From Octopus vulgaris (Eukaryota), in assembly GCA_951406725.2 (NCBI GenBank), contig OX597819.1:98022001-98086000 (forward strand): a stretch of DNA of 64,000 nt, given 5' to 3'. This document shows positions 27,131 to 41,286 of this stretch, in pieces. The notes under the pieces were generated by a model. That model was not told the origin of the DNA. It worked only from the letters and a program-made list of their open reading frames with translations, and ran no database searches. Position 1 is the first letter of the stretch. Every line of letters begins with the position of its first letter. Position numbers and translations under genes: made by a program.

Positions 27131-28251
27131 CTACTACCATTATCCAACCATTATTCAACTTTCCGAGATAAGAGAAAACAACACAGCACAGGACTAAGTA
27201 AAATAGTTTGGCGTCTTAAGGACAGTAATACAACTTTCAAGCTGGAATGGTCCATATTGTCTGTATCCTTTCCGTTTGATAAAGGCAGAAAATTGTGTGG
27301 CGTCTGTAATTCCGGACTTTTTCATATTTTGTTCGCCAACGTTCCTTTAATAAATACAATGATCGAGAAATCCTTTAGATGCATGCACTGGCAAAAACAC
27401 ACCTTTCACTCATATGAATAATGATTAATATAGATAACCTCCTTGAATTTTAATAATATAGTCCCATTTATATATCACCCCCATAGTCAATTTTTATACT
27501 CTTAAAGAACTACTACCCAACCCATTGAGGTGTGTTTTCCTTTGTCTCTCTAACTCACCCTCCTCTCTCTCTCTCTATCTCTCTTTCCCTCTCTCTATCG
27601 TAAGCACAATCAAACACACAGACACAAACCTGTCACTTCACCACTGTTTTTAGCATCTACCCATCCACACACACAAGCACGCACACACATACACACACAT
27701 AGCCATTAATGCAGTTATATACATACACACACATAGGCACTCATTCACAAAAGAAAACAACAAATTTACCATTCATTTGACCTGCACCCTTTTACCTTCC
27801 TATTCTTAGGTCTCTCTCCTACAACCTTGTTTGAACCCTTGAACCTTCTAGAATCTTCTACATTCAACCATTTTTGACGTCACTGCTTATAACGGAATAT
27901 TTTAAAGATACACTGATTATCGCTATGGGCTCCGTGTGGGCAGGCATCTAAAAAAAATTTTTGTTCCTTACTTTTCCCGATGAGAAGGCGGCATAATGCA
28001 CCCCTTATTCCTTCGAAATTAGGAATATGCAGCCTTCAAAACATATGTCGAAAATAAAATAAAGGAATTTTGTTAATTCGTCGTTCAACTCCATTCTTTT
28101 ATTTATTTGTATTCAAAAAAACACACAAATTTCCACACGATAGCACGTGATCTCTACCCTAGGCATGTAGCTTCAACCGTGTTTTTCTGACGTGAATTTA
28201 CTACCCAGCTATCGGTTAACCGAATTATCCATAAGATAATTCATTCAACTA

Positions 28252-28403
<152 letters not shown>

Positions 28404-28414
28404 CATGTATACAT

Positions 28415-28700
28415 GGAGGCGCAATGGTTAGGGCAGCGGACTCGCGGTTTCGATTCCCAGACCGGGCGTTGTGTGTGTTTATTGAGCGAAAACACCTAAA
28501 AGCTCCACGAAGGTCCGGTAGGGGGGTACGACCCCTGTTGTTCTCTTTCCGCACAACTTTCTCTCACTCTCTCTTCCTGTTTCTTGAATAACGCTGCGAT
28601 GGACTTGCTTCCCGTCCAGCTGGAGGGAACACATACGCCACAGAAACCGGGAAACCGGGCCCATGAGCCTGGCTAGGCTTAAAAAGGGCGACGTTAATCG
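28415..28700 (+). mobile_element. tRNA-derived SINE family C
   Basis: ggaggcgcaatggttagggcagcggactcgcggtttcgattccc head; second copy at 44498-44790. Confidence 0.8.
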
Positions 28701-29003
28701 TTTTTATATATACATAATCCAGTTTTAGTGTGTGAGTGTGCGCGCCCGCGTGTGCACAAGTACATACTTGAATATCATAGCTATATTGTATTTATATCTT
28801 TTCATGAACATAATTCGCTTTAGGTGTCAACGTATGAAAGGGAATAAATTATGCACCAGACACACACACACACACACTCACACGTATACGCGCACAAACA
28901 AGCTTAGCGCGCAGACATAAACACAGACACACAGACTCGCACATTAAATGTCACCGAAGAAGACAGAAGTTGATATTAGAAAAAGAGTAAGAAAGGGCAG
29001 GGA

Positions 29004-29522
29004 GTGGTGGGTGGTAGAGATGGTGAGACAATAGTGCTACTACATTTTGTAGTGGTGACTATGGTGGGGGTTGCTGCTGCTACTGCTGGTGATAATGGTT
29101 GTAGTGGTGGTGAGGGTGGTGGTAGTTTGGTGGTGAGGGTGGTGGTGGTGGTGGTGGCAGTGATGGTGTTGGTGGTGGTTGTGGTGGTTGTGGTGGTGGT
29201 GGTGATGGCAGTGTGTGGTGGTGGTGGTGGTGATGACAGTGATGGTGGTGGTGGTGAGGGTGGTGGTGGTGACAGTGGTGGTAGTTTGGTGGTGAGGGTG
29301 GTGAGGGTGGTGGTGGTAGTGGTGAATGCATGGCCGTGGTGGGGGCGCGGTGGTGGTGGCAGAGGTGGTAGTGGTGGTGGCGATGGTGGTGATGGTGGTG
29401 GTGGTTTTGGTGATAGTGGTAGCATTCGATAATGAAGAAAGAAAGAAAGAAAGAAAGAAGGAAAGAAAGAAAGGAAAAAAGGAAGAAAGAAAGAAAGAAA
29501 AAGAAAGAAAGAAAGAAAGAAA
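29004..29522. repeat. (GGT)n-derived G-rich low-complexity tract followed by (GAAA)n
   Basis: Directly visible; contains an internal ~70-90-bp duplication. Confidence 0.95.
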
Positions 29523-29887
29523 TGAGCCGTACGGTTTATTTATTACGGATTACGCAGTAAATGATTGTGCGTTTGGAAGTGAAGCGGGGCATAAGGTGTG
29601 ATATGATATCCAATGATATGATAGTGATTTAATCATGATGATATAGGTTAGGTGAGCTGAATGATCTTGTAAAGAAAGAAAGGATTTGTAAAAATACGAA
29701 GAGAAAATACATGACACTAACGTAGATGATCTTTATTTACTTTGCGATTAAGTCAAAATGTACGGATCAGGGACTACAAATAAAAGAAAGAAGATAGAAA
29801 AGAAACTTTGCACTAAAAGTCACAGTGTCTCTCACTTTGTTACCTGATGATGATGTGGTCACGTGAATAGGACGACGTGTCTTTAGC

Positions 29888-29962
<75 letters not shown>

Positions 29963-30047
29963 ATATGTGTATGTATGTATGTATTTAAAATTATAACTTA
30001 GGGTATCTACGAGATACCGCCATGCTGAAAATACCAGCCAGGATCTG

Positions 30048-30206
30048 ACTCTAAAACCACATTAAGTGTTCATATAGCACAAGGAGAGAGGACAAAAAGA
30101 TAAAATAAAACTAGTAAAAAATAATTTTACTAATTTTTACTAGTTTTATTTTGTCTTTTTGTCTTCTCTCCTTGTGCTATATGAACACTTAATGTGGTTT
30201 TAGAGT
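30048..30206. repeat. ~160-bp palindrome of an interspersed repeat (single-arm relative at ~54740-54860)
   Basis: actctaaaaccacattaagtgttcatatagcacaaggagag...actagtaaaaa mirrored by tttttactagt...ctctccttgtgctatatgaacacttaatgtggttttagagt. Confidence 0.85.
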
Positions 30207-30425
30207 TAATTTAAATTAACGATCTTATCCTTATATATATAGGGAGAGTTGACGAAAGTAACAAAAGACGAAGACAGGTGGTGTACAAAACAAACAGATG
30301 TATTAGTATAACGCTCAAGAATAGAAAAAGTCTTTTACGTTTCGAGCCTACGCTATTCTACAGAAAGGGACACAGAAAAAAACAAGGAGAAAAACAAGGA
30401 GAGAATATATATATATATAGATAGA

Positions 30426-33400
30426 TCCAACGAGCTATCACCAACCATCTATGCAAATCACAAGGACCACTCACCCATTACCAACTTCCCTTACCTCGAC
30501 ATTCCTGTTAAATGTACGTGGCATCAACCCATCAACTATTGCCCAAAAATGGAAGATTCCATATATAGAGAGTTGGCTTGCCGAAATGGCACATTGCTTC
30601 CCTTTCTTTATCCTTACCGAGACTCACCTGAACAACACCCATTTGGACGCAGAGGTGATAATAAAAGATTTCACCATTGTTCGTGCAGATCGCACTGACC
30701 GAAATAAGGGAGGGACAGCCATCTTTATCCATGACTCCTTTTCACTTGATGCCAAGGACATATTTTCCAATGGCTACTGTGAATCGGTATCACTATACAA
30801 CAAAGCCAAGGACATAACCATTGTTGGCCTTTACAGGCCTCCCCAGTGCCTTAGCAAAGTGCCTTAGCAGAGTGCCCAGAGTGCCTTAGCAAAGTCAAGT
30901 CCTTCCTTCGGAAGTACCACTCCGGAAACATACTAGTGATGGGTGATTTTAACCTCCCTCATGTGAACTGGCCCACAAATACTCTGAAGTTAGGCAAGTG
31001 CTCTACATCAGATAGAGCAGCAGCAGAACTGCTCTTTAATCTGATGGATGAGTATTTCCTGACTCCGCTAGTGTTCGAACCAACGAGACAGAATAAAACG
31101 ATCTTGGATCTGGTATTGACCAATCACCCTAGCTATGTTCACAGTATTTCAGTCGAAAAAACTCTCCTCTCAGACCACGACATGGTACTCTGCAATTTTA
31201 ATTCCCGACATATAAAAACCAAACCAGCCAATCCCACTCCATGGCACCCATTTGACAACATAAACTTCCACAAAGCGGACTGGGGAGCAATCAGAAAGTA
31301 TCTGTCTTCCATCGACTGGTCTTTTACTCTCAATTCCTCTCATATTGAGACCGCGTGGCAGCACTTTGAAAACATTGTCACCTATACATGCTCTAAACAC
31401 GCTCCCACGAAATCTACTAACACAAACAGAAACCGGCTCCCTAAAAAGAAAAAAACACTCATCAGGCGCATCAAAAGACTCAACAAAAAAATCAACCAAT
31501 TGAAATATTCCCACACACAACATCCACATTCAACAACAATGAAAAGACTAGAGATGGAAAAACTTCATCTGCAGACCAACATGAAAACCTCCATTGAAAA
31601 TCAAAGAGCTGAGGAGGAACAATGAGTAATCAAAAACATCAAACAGAACCCAAAAGTGTTCTATTCTTATGCAAATAAGCATAGAACCACTGTCTCACCC
31701 ATTGGGCCATTGATTGATGATAACGGCATTCCCCAACACGATGCTAAAGAAATGGCAGAAATACTGCAGAAACAATACTGCTCTGTCTTCAGTGTTCCCA
31801 CTGATATTGACGTAAGAGAAACGAACGAAGTTGACTCCCAACATAAAATCTCAGACATAACCTTCACTGCCACTGACATCGTAGCAGCAATAAATGAGGT
31901 CAAATATTACTCTGCTGTAGGCCCTGATAGATTCCACGCTAGTCTCCTGAAGGAATGTAGACACCAACTTGCAGTCCCTCTGACCAACCTCTGGAGAAAT
32001 TCGTTAGACGCAGGTTATATACCGAAACAGTTTCTATCCCAGTCGGTCATCCCGGTTTTCAAACAGGGAAACAGATCCCTCGCAGTCAACTATCGCCCAA
32101 TCTCACTCACCTCCCACATCATTAAAGTGTTTGAAAGAGTGTTAAGATCAAGGATAGCTGACTTCCTGGAGACCCACAAACTCCTAAATGCAAATCAGCA
32201 TGGCTTTCGCTGTGGACAGGGACTGTCTAACACAGCTCTTACACCACATTGAAGATGTACTCAAAGCCTTGGGAACAGGTTCGAACTCTGACGTCATATA
32301 TCTTGACTTCAGTAAAGCGTTCGACAGGGTAGACCATAATATCCTACTCTCAAAATTGGCAAATGTTGGAATCCGTGGAAAAGTTCTACACTGGATTAAG
32401 TATTTCCTGGCGAATAGAACACAACATGTTGTAGTTGATGGAGTCCACTCAAGCCCAGCAAAAGTCACCAGCGGTGTTCCCCAGGGGACTGTTTTGGGTC
32501 CGCTACTCTTCATAATTTACATAAACGACCTTTCCAGTGTCGTACATTACTGCAAAGTGAAAATATTTGCTGATGACACTAAGCTCCAGCAAATCGTCAA
32601 TGAAGAAGCAGACCGAACTCAACTCCAGTCTGATCTATATGCCGTGAGTCAATGGGCAGACAGAAACAAAATGCAACTGAATGAGGGAAAATTTGAGCTG
32701 ATGCATTTTGGAAGAAATTCCTCACTAAAACAACCATACTCTCTTCCTTCAGGGGAACCGCTCACAGCCTCTAACAATATCAGAGACCTGGGTGTAATTG
32801 TTGATGACGATCTCAGTTGGAGTGCACACATCAACAAGAAGGTCGATATAGCTCGTAGGATGAGTTCCTGGATCTTAAGAACTTTCCGGTCCAGAGAACA
32901 AGGTGTCATCATACCACTTTTTCCTCCCTTGTACGGCCACACCTTGAATACTGCTGCCCACTGTGGTCTCCCCATACAAGACAAAACATCTCCAGAATTG
33001 AGTCTCCCCAGAGGGCACTCACTAAACAAATTGAAGGCATGGCCGCTCTCGATTATTGGGATCGCCTTAAAGCCTTGAAACTTTACTCCCTCCAGCGTCG
33101 CCGTGAGCGGTACATCATTTGTACGATGTGGAGAATATACCGCCAACTTTGCCCAAACGACCTTAACATTAGCTTCAAGGTTCATCCAAGACTGGGACCA
33201 CGGGCCATACGACCCCTGCCCAATTCAAGATCACAACATACATGTACACTGCAACATAATTTCTTTTCCTCAACAGGCCCTGCCCTATTTAACATTGTCC
33301 CGAGGGAGATCAAAGAGGAAAAGGATCCCATCAACTTTAAACGGAGTCTGGATAGATTCCTTCAAAGAATACCAGATAAGCCACCCATAATTGGATACAA

Positions 33401-33560
33401 CTCACCCAACAAGAACTCACTACTTGAACAAAACTTGACTTAAACAAAACTTGCCTTTAACAGGATTCGAATAATCCTATCAGGTGGTGCTATTAAGTTA
33501 GACATGGCCTGGACCAATCTTTGGTCGAAACATATCTAAGTTTATCTAAGTTTATCTAAG
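30426..33560 (+). pseudogene. Near full-length CR1-like LINE ORF2 (APE-RT) with 3' UTR and tandem-repeat tail
   Basis: LLNVRG, LTETHL, GDFNLP, SDHD (APE); NYRPISLTS, YLDFSKAFDRVDH, SGVPQGTVLGP, FADD (RT); LKLYSLQRRRERY C-terminus; (TTTATCTAAG)-type tail; flanked by (AT)n; about four disabling lesions. Confidence 0.93.
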
Positions 33561-33582
33561 TATATATATATATATATATATA

Positions 33583-34164
33583 GCAATTAAGGACAACTAC
33601 TTAATAAGGAAAACTTAACAAGAAATTGTCAGGTAGATAGCGTGAAAGACCTCATAAGAGAAAAAATTTCGAAAATAATTATTTCTTATTGAACATATTA
33701 ATTTATATATAGAGGGCATTATACATACATGCCAGAGGGCATTATACATGCCACACGCTAAGAGGGACAATTAGTCATTTCTACCAAAGTTTTCCTTATT
33801 AAGTAGTTGTCCTTAATTGCTAAATTTTTATTCCGAAAAAACTTTTCCTTTCCCGAAATGCAATTCGTAAAAGTCTGCCATTTACCGGATGTAATATATG
33901 TAAACTCACCCATGTGCTTCGTTGATGTTGACCAGTTAGCTGCTCGGCTTAAGCGAGGCAGGGTCGTTTATTTATGATACGTCCAGGCTTGCTGATGAAT
34001 ACAGAGGTATGAAATCACAGTGATACAAGTCTATATTTTTAAATGTCTTACTTTGAAAAATTGCATTCGGTGGGATTAGTAAAATTTTTGGTAGAAATGA
34101 CTAATTGTCCCTCTTAGCGTGTGGCATGTATAATGCCCTCTGGCATGTATGTATAATGCCCTCT

Positions 34165-34175
<11 letters not shown>
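33583..34175. mobile_element. Fold-back Penelope-like (pLTR-type) repeat with two overlapping inverted-repeat pairs
   Basis: 33583-33616 inverted at 33788-33821; ~33705-33787 inverted at ~34089-34172; contains a hammerhead motif. Penelope assignment is inference. Confidence 0.65.
33985..34032 (+). ncRNA. Type I hammerhead ribozyme motif
   Basis: Stem I AGGCTTG/CAAGTCT; core CTGATGA; stem II ATAC-agag-GTAT; GAAA; near-palindromic stem III ATCAC-a-GTGAT; predicted cleavage after AUA at 34025. Confidence 0.8.
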
Positions 34176-34222
<47 letters not shown>

Positions 34223-34960
34223 TTAGGCATAACGATACAAATAATCTGCTGTTAGAATTCATGACACATTAGCTTCAGGACGATACGTCAATCGAGTACA
34301 GAGCAGTAAAAAGAAATTAAAATGGCAAGTGAATGAAAAGGCCAATTAAGAGCTTTCTGTCCTCAACATAGAACAGGAGAGAAAGTAAGCCCCAACAATC
34401 GCCGACACACACTCCCAGCAATAACAACACCAGCATACTGCAGCAACAACGAAGAGAACAAGAAAAACAGCAGCATTACCAATATCAACAATAGCAGCAG
34501 TAAAAACACATACATCTGCAGCTGTGACATCAATAAGGGTTGCAGTACCATCACCAGCATCGACGGGAATGCCAGCATCACCAACAATGACACTAACAAC
34601 AAGCCAGAAAAATTTCCAACCTAACTCCCTCGCTCTTATTCTTTCTCTCTCCACCCATTTTACAAACACAAACACAGATGGGCACACACAGAAACACATT
34701 CCAGCCCTATCCACCGCGTATATTTCCTACATGGAAACCACATCTTTCGAGGAGAGAATCAGCTAAGAAAATCAACAAAAATATGACAAAAATTTTTAAA
34801 GATATACAGGCCACGCACATTCAGACACTCTATTCTCAGCACAGTCATCCAAGTCGGAGAAATAAAATGAGGTTACTCACCTTGATTTTTGAGAAGCCCG
34901 GAAGTCCCAGGTCTCTTTACAGGCGAAAATATTTTAAAACGCCTTTCCAATTGCCTTTTA

Positions 34961-36060
34961 TCAATTGATCTTTTTAAAAATCCCCACAATACATAGCAAT
35001 TTTTCTCTTGTAGTTTTATAAACGTCTGAAGACGTTTTAATTAAAAATCTATCCTTAGGGATTTTGAGGATTAAGCCCTCAGATTCTTTTCCCTCTGTCT
35101 CTATTTTGTTTTTGCTTTGACTTACAAAATCCATCAATTCATTGTTGCACTTGTTTACAACAGATAGATACATTCCCTCTACAATCTGATGAGTATTCTT
35201 GTTTTTGAAGTACTGTAATTGGTTGTTCTGTGTTTCGGTGGTTTCGTGATGTTGATGATGTTGCTGTTTTTGAAGTTGTTGTTGTTGTTTTTGTTGGAAT
35301 GGTTGTGAATTGCGTTGCAGTTGTGGTTTCAGAATAAGTTTTTGTTGAGTTCTTGGAGCAGGGCTAAGAACTCTCCTCCTCTTTTGCCTACCCCCTGTTG
35401 TCACTATGATCCATTGATTGTTCAGCTCTTCTTTCTCCATGTCATTGCAGTTGATGTTGGTTTGGGAGATTGAGCATTCAGGAGAAACTTGTGTTTCCGT
35501 GGCAACCGGGGGTAGACTCCTTCTTTGTCTTGGTTTAGGAGTGCATGTATGCGTGGGTGTGGGTGTAGGTGTAGGAGTCTTGAGCAGTTGTTCATGATTT
35601 TGCGTTTGTGGTTTTTGTAGTGTTTTCTTGTTTCAGGGCAGAAAGCCTTTAAGTGAGTTACAGATCTACATGTGACATCTTGGCTTTCAACCCTCCACTA
35701 ACGCTGACAGGTGAGTAGCATCCGGGAGATCAATTAGATATATTAGCTGGTCGATACGGTCCTGCTTGCATTGTAAGGCACGCTCCATACCAATACCTGA
35801 CCAGTTTTGCTTAGGTATTTTCTTGACATATTTGCTTAGGTATTTTCTTGTCACTTCGACTTCTTCTAAACCTGCAAAGACGGCCGTCACTAACCAGGTA
35901 ATGAATATTTCTGGCGGCACATTTAGCCCCCTAATCTTGACAAACGTTGGTCGCGGTAGCTGGGGATTAAGAAAAAGTTGTCGTTCCTCAAAGCAATCGC
36001 GGAATTACACCTAGCTTCTTCTTTCGTCCCAAATCTCATCTCAATAATTCCAAACTTCTT
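34961..36060 (-). pseudogene. Probable decayed ORF1/gag-like region of a non-LTR retrotransposon
   Basis: Broken Q/K-rich frames (WIIVTTGGRQKRRR; GIIEMRF...; MPPEIFITWLV) resembling LINE ORF1; no diagnostic motif intact. Confidence 0.35.
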
Positions 36061-36115
36061 TCCTCGGGTGATGTGACATTTGACGGATATATTTGTCCTC
36101 ATCTTGTTTGTTGTT

Positions 36116-36161
36116 AACACAACGTTTCGGCTGATATACTCTCCAGCCTTCATCAGGTGTC
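36116..36161 (-). ncRNA. Minimal type I hammerhead ribozyme motif
   Basis: Minus strand: GACAC CTGATGA A GGCTG-gagagtatat-CAGCC GAAA CG T T GTGTT; palindromic ACGT stem III, as in Penelope-like element hammerheads. Confidence 0.75.
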
Positions 36162-36506
36162 TTGGGGAAATTTCGAACCTGGGTTCTCATTCCTAAGGTA
36201 TTTTTCGATGTTTTTTGTTGTCTAAATCCTTAGGCAAAATCCTTGCACTTTTATAAAAAGATTAAAAAAGTATGGAAGATCCTACATACAAAATATTATG
36301 TCCATTTAGGTCCATTTTCGCGGGAGCTCTGGACAAAATGTTTAATGCATGACCATCCTTGGGACATAAGTAATGTATGTGTAACGTTTGGTGAAAATCG
36401 GTTGAGAATTGTGGAAATGTATGCGTTAGTCATTATACACACATACTGTGTATAATAAGGGTGGCCTGTTCGCAATTTTACAACCGAAATGCAGAAATAT
36501 ATACAT

Positions 36507-36898
36507 CACTAAAGTGACTACAGGCACTAGTCAGCGCCAGTATTAATAGAAATAAGAGTTAAAATAACTCCTAGCTACAAGAAGTACCTTATCTTAATGA
36601 CTGACACCGTTACTATTTATATTTTCATTTCTACCGTTTAGGAAATCAGCGTATGATTTCTACGATAATCTTATAAACTGACAAGGCGAGATGAGTTTAA
36701 CCCAAGGTACTAGGTGAGAATTACTGACGAGCATTTATATTAATGCGAAATCACTGCGATCTGGCTATGCCTAGGCGCTGAGGGAGCTTGCCTCCCTTGT
36801 CAGTCATTAAGATAAGGTGTTTCTTGTGGCTATGAGTTGTTTTAACTCTTATTTTTAGCAATACTAGTGCTGACTAGTGCTCTTAGTCACTATAGTGA
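36507..36898. mobile_element. Fold-back repeat (~100-bp imperfect arms) enclosing a hammerhead motif at 36721-36764 (+)
   Basis: 36507-36606 inverted at 36798-36898; CTGACGA GCATT-tatatt-AATGC GAAA TCAC-t-GCGAT C; stem I weak. Confidence 0.65.
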
Positions 36899-38167
36899 AG
36901 TATGTGTGCGTGTATATGTGTGCGTGTGTGTGCGTATGTGTATAACTACTTGAACTTTGGGTATATATCTATTAGTATGTCGATTAAAGCATTTTCATAT
37001 TGAGCTACCTGATGTTGTCCACAGTATATATATATATATATATATAAATATAATATATGATATGGTATGATATATCAAAATACAATATAATGTATGTGTG
37101 TATATATATATATATATACATACATATATACATACATGTATACATACTTACATACATAGTGTTTATATACACTCACATATATTACGTGTATATGTGTGTG
37201 TATGTGTGTTTATGTAGGCATGCGCGTTCATGGAGTAAATTATAAGAACTTTCTCCCATCCCAATTGAATACCGAGAGGAGTATTTTGCCAAACCATTGG
37301 CCAAAGTCATAAATACTGAAGTCTGAAGTGGGGGGATGGCGTCCCTGAACAAAGGAAGAGATGTTGATTGGGTTGAAGGTAAAAACGAGAAAAGGAGAGC
37401 GGGAGGAGGAGGAGAGAAAGGTGAAGAGAGAGAAGGGGAGAGAGAGGGGAGATAAGTTATAGTATATTATTTAATATCGTCATGATAATTCGTTTATATT
37501 AATGCTATTGAATTGATATAGTACAGTTTAATGTTAATGCAGCCGTAGTAGTTCCCTTCAGCCCCCACCTCCAACACTACCTTAAACCAGCCCATTCACT
37601 CACCTCTGTCACCCCACTCTTTATTCACTTGAGTTACCCATTTTATTGACTTCCCTTACTACCCAGTCACAGTCTCACCTTCCTCCATAACAACACATGC
37701 ACACACATACAAATACAAGTACAACACATGCATTCACACGTATACAACACATATGCAGACACATACACACGTATTTCTGCTCTTACACTAATTAGTCCGC
37801 TGTGAACGCTTTCTTTCTCATAATGGTTATCGTTTCATTCAATCGCATTTAATTTAGCGTCCGCGTATGTATGTGTGTATGTATGTATGTATGTATGTAT
37901 GTATGTATGTATGTATGTATGTATGTATGTATGTATGTATGTATGTATGTATGTATGCATGTATGTATGCACGTATGGATGTATATAAATATCATACATA
38001 AATGTACGTTTATTTGTATGTATATATGTATGTATGCATGCATAAATGTGTATTTGTATGTATGTATGTATGTATGTATATCTGAAAGCATATATATGAA
38101 TTTAATTCACTTACGTATACATATGTGCGTGTATGTGTGTATGTGTGTATGAATTTATTTGTTTTAC

Positions 38168-38198
<31 letters not shown>

Positions 38199-38200
38199 CA

Positions 38201-38264
<64 letters not shown>

Positions 38265-38405
38265 CGCACATGTATATACATACACTTATAAGCATACATA
38301 CACAGAAAAACACACATACACACGCTCATAGTCATATTTTTTCACAAATGCACACTTATTTGGACATTTATCATTCAGTGAATTTCTTAATGGACATATC
38401 CGTTT

Positions 38406-38451
<46 letters not shown>

Positions 38452-39237
38452 ACACACACACAGACACGCACGCAACAACGCACACCCACGCGCGCGTACA
38501 TGCAGATATTCATAAATAAATATATCTGCATATGTACATGCATTTACATGTATGTGTATCTCTCTCTCGCTCTCTCCTCTCTCTCTCTCTCCCTCTCTCT
38601 GTATATATATGTATATATACGTATATATACACACAGACATGCATATATATTTATGTGTGCTTATGTATTTATACCTGTCTATACTTCTATATTGTTTAGT
38701 AATAATTATTAATCATGTACGCGTGTGTATGTATGCATATCTTATATAATAAAATATGTGTATGTGTGTGGGTATGTCCCTTATGGATTCGAAAACGGAG
38801 TTGCTGATTTTGAGGTATGAGGTATCAAAAGATTCAGTAATCTTTCAGTTAACAAATGAAGTAAGTTTTTTGCACAACTCTTTTTTTACTACAAAAATAA
38901 CCTCGAAAACGAGCTTGGGTCGCACAATTTTGAGGTCCTTAGCTAAAGGAGGCAACACTGCCTGAATAATCTAAAAATAAATGTAGTTTTACCAGGAAAT
39001 GAAACTTCGAAGATATACCGTCAACTTTATAAGTATTATTTAGAAGATAATCTTTTAATGAAGTATGTCTGTCTGTGTTTTGTTTATTCCAGAGTTGCTT
39101 TTGATGTAGCCGATCCATTGCATAGATTTTCTTTTTTTTCTTCTCGAAATATTGTAAATCTTTGTCTTTCTTCAGATGAACGGGTGTTTCATGAGAGATT
39201 TGGCTGCTATTTGTAGTAGCACGAGTTACCACAGACA

Positions 39238-39317
<80 letters not shown>

Positions 39318-39711
39318 TGCGTGTGTGTGTCTGTGTGAGCGTTGTGGTGAAAAAAATACTTTTTCTCAGAATATCTGGATATCTTTCTTATTGTTAACCA
39401 TTCAACTTCAAATTACAATTGTTAATTGTTGGTAGTCAAGTACACATATATCGTATAGAGTGGAAGTTCAATAGACAGATTTGCACTCATTATATTGTGG
39501 TTAGTAATCCATTACCTTAAATTTGAAGTCATTAAGTCTTTAAACATTATTTTACTGGGTTTAGTATTTCGACTATCGCCATGATGGCGTATCACCTTCA
39601 AAAATTTAATTGATCATACTGACCTCTGTATGTATTTTATAGATCTCTGGTTGATGAACTGCTAACTTTGAGACAGTGGGACACAATAGTCGATTTAACA
39701 ACAAATGTAAG

Positions 39712-39747
<36 letters not shown>

Positions 39748-40088
39748 AGGAGCAAGAATGATTGTGTGGTTGAGAAGTTTGCTTCCCAGCCACATGGTTT
39801 CACGTTCAGTCCTTCTGCATGATACCTTGAGCAAGAGTTTTCTACAATAGCCTTAAACAAATTACAGACTTATGACTGAATTTGGTAGACGGAAACTGCA
39901 GCATTGCTCATCAGAAAATGACCGAAAAACATGTTTATAAAGAAGAGTTATTGGCTTCATACTCCATCTGTGCCAATTCTGCTTCATACTCCACCTGTGC
40001 CAGTTCTGAAAGGAACAAATAACACAATGTGGTTATAGGTCATAACACCTGGGCAACGCCGGGGTGCATTGCTAGTGTGTGTGTGCGC

Positions 40089-40119
<31 letters not shown>

Positions 40120-40140
40120 TGCGTGTAGGTATATATATAT

Positions 40141-40438
<298 letters not shown>

Positions 40439-41286
40439 GTAATTATATACAAACATATATAAGTTATATGATGTATAAAAACATGTAATATACAAATAAA
40501 TATCTGTAAATATAAAACCATCCGAATTTCTGAGTACCGAATTTCTTCTAATATAAAATACATACATCATCTCCAAACTTTCTAATATATATATATATAT
40601 ATAAATATATATATAAATTGACAGCAAAATGAAAAATATTTTCCCAATCATTTGAATGCTAAAGGAACTTCTGAATCACATCAGAAGACAAGTTTGCCTT
40701 CAAATCTCGAGGAGGTTTCTGCTTGGAACGTCAGAACATCTCCCCTTAATATCTGAAGTTATCTGACCAATATTAAGATGAAAAGTACCTGGAAATAAAG
40801 AATTCCCTAATTTCTGTTAATTTGAAATTATTCACACAATCACTTTATAGAGATCTCGTAGAATTTTCAGTTGAAGAATTAAGACAAATTATATAGAATT
40901 AGCATAGAAATATAATTGAATGAATATATAATGGGACTGATAAATATAAATTTTGGCGAAGACAGTTAAAATATTGTTTAATATTGTTTGCTGTTTAATA
41001 CATTTTGTATAAACAGACGAAGTTAGAATTTCAGGTGTGAGATTCACTTGAGATTAACATGAAGATAGAGTAGATGGGATCGTATTAATGATCCATTGTT
41101 GATCCATTCATCTGGATATCGTTTACTAACTCATTTTGTGTTTGACCAGCATGAATCCAATTAGAAGGACAGTCTCTAATAAAAGGATAACTTTTATCTA
41201 TAATTTGGCTAAATCGAGTCGGTTGTTAGAGCATCTTAAGATGAAGGTAATGAGTTCAGTCCTTGCTGATTGCTTGATAAATATAT

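Noticed and set aside
28976-29432. Extensin-like or glycine-rich protein
   Set aside because: Open on both strands because it is a (GGT)n-derived repeat; no exon evidence.
33508-33536. GACCAA/TTGGTC hairpin followed by GAAAC as a hammerhead
   Set aside because: No CUGANGA core; better explained as the LINE 3' UTR stem-loop.
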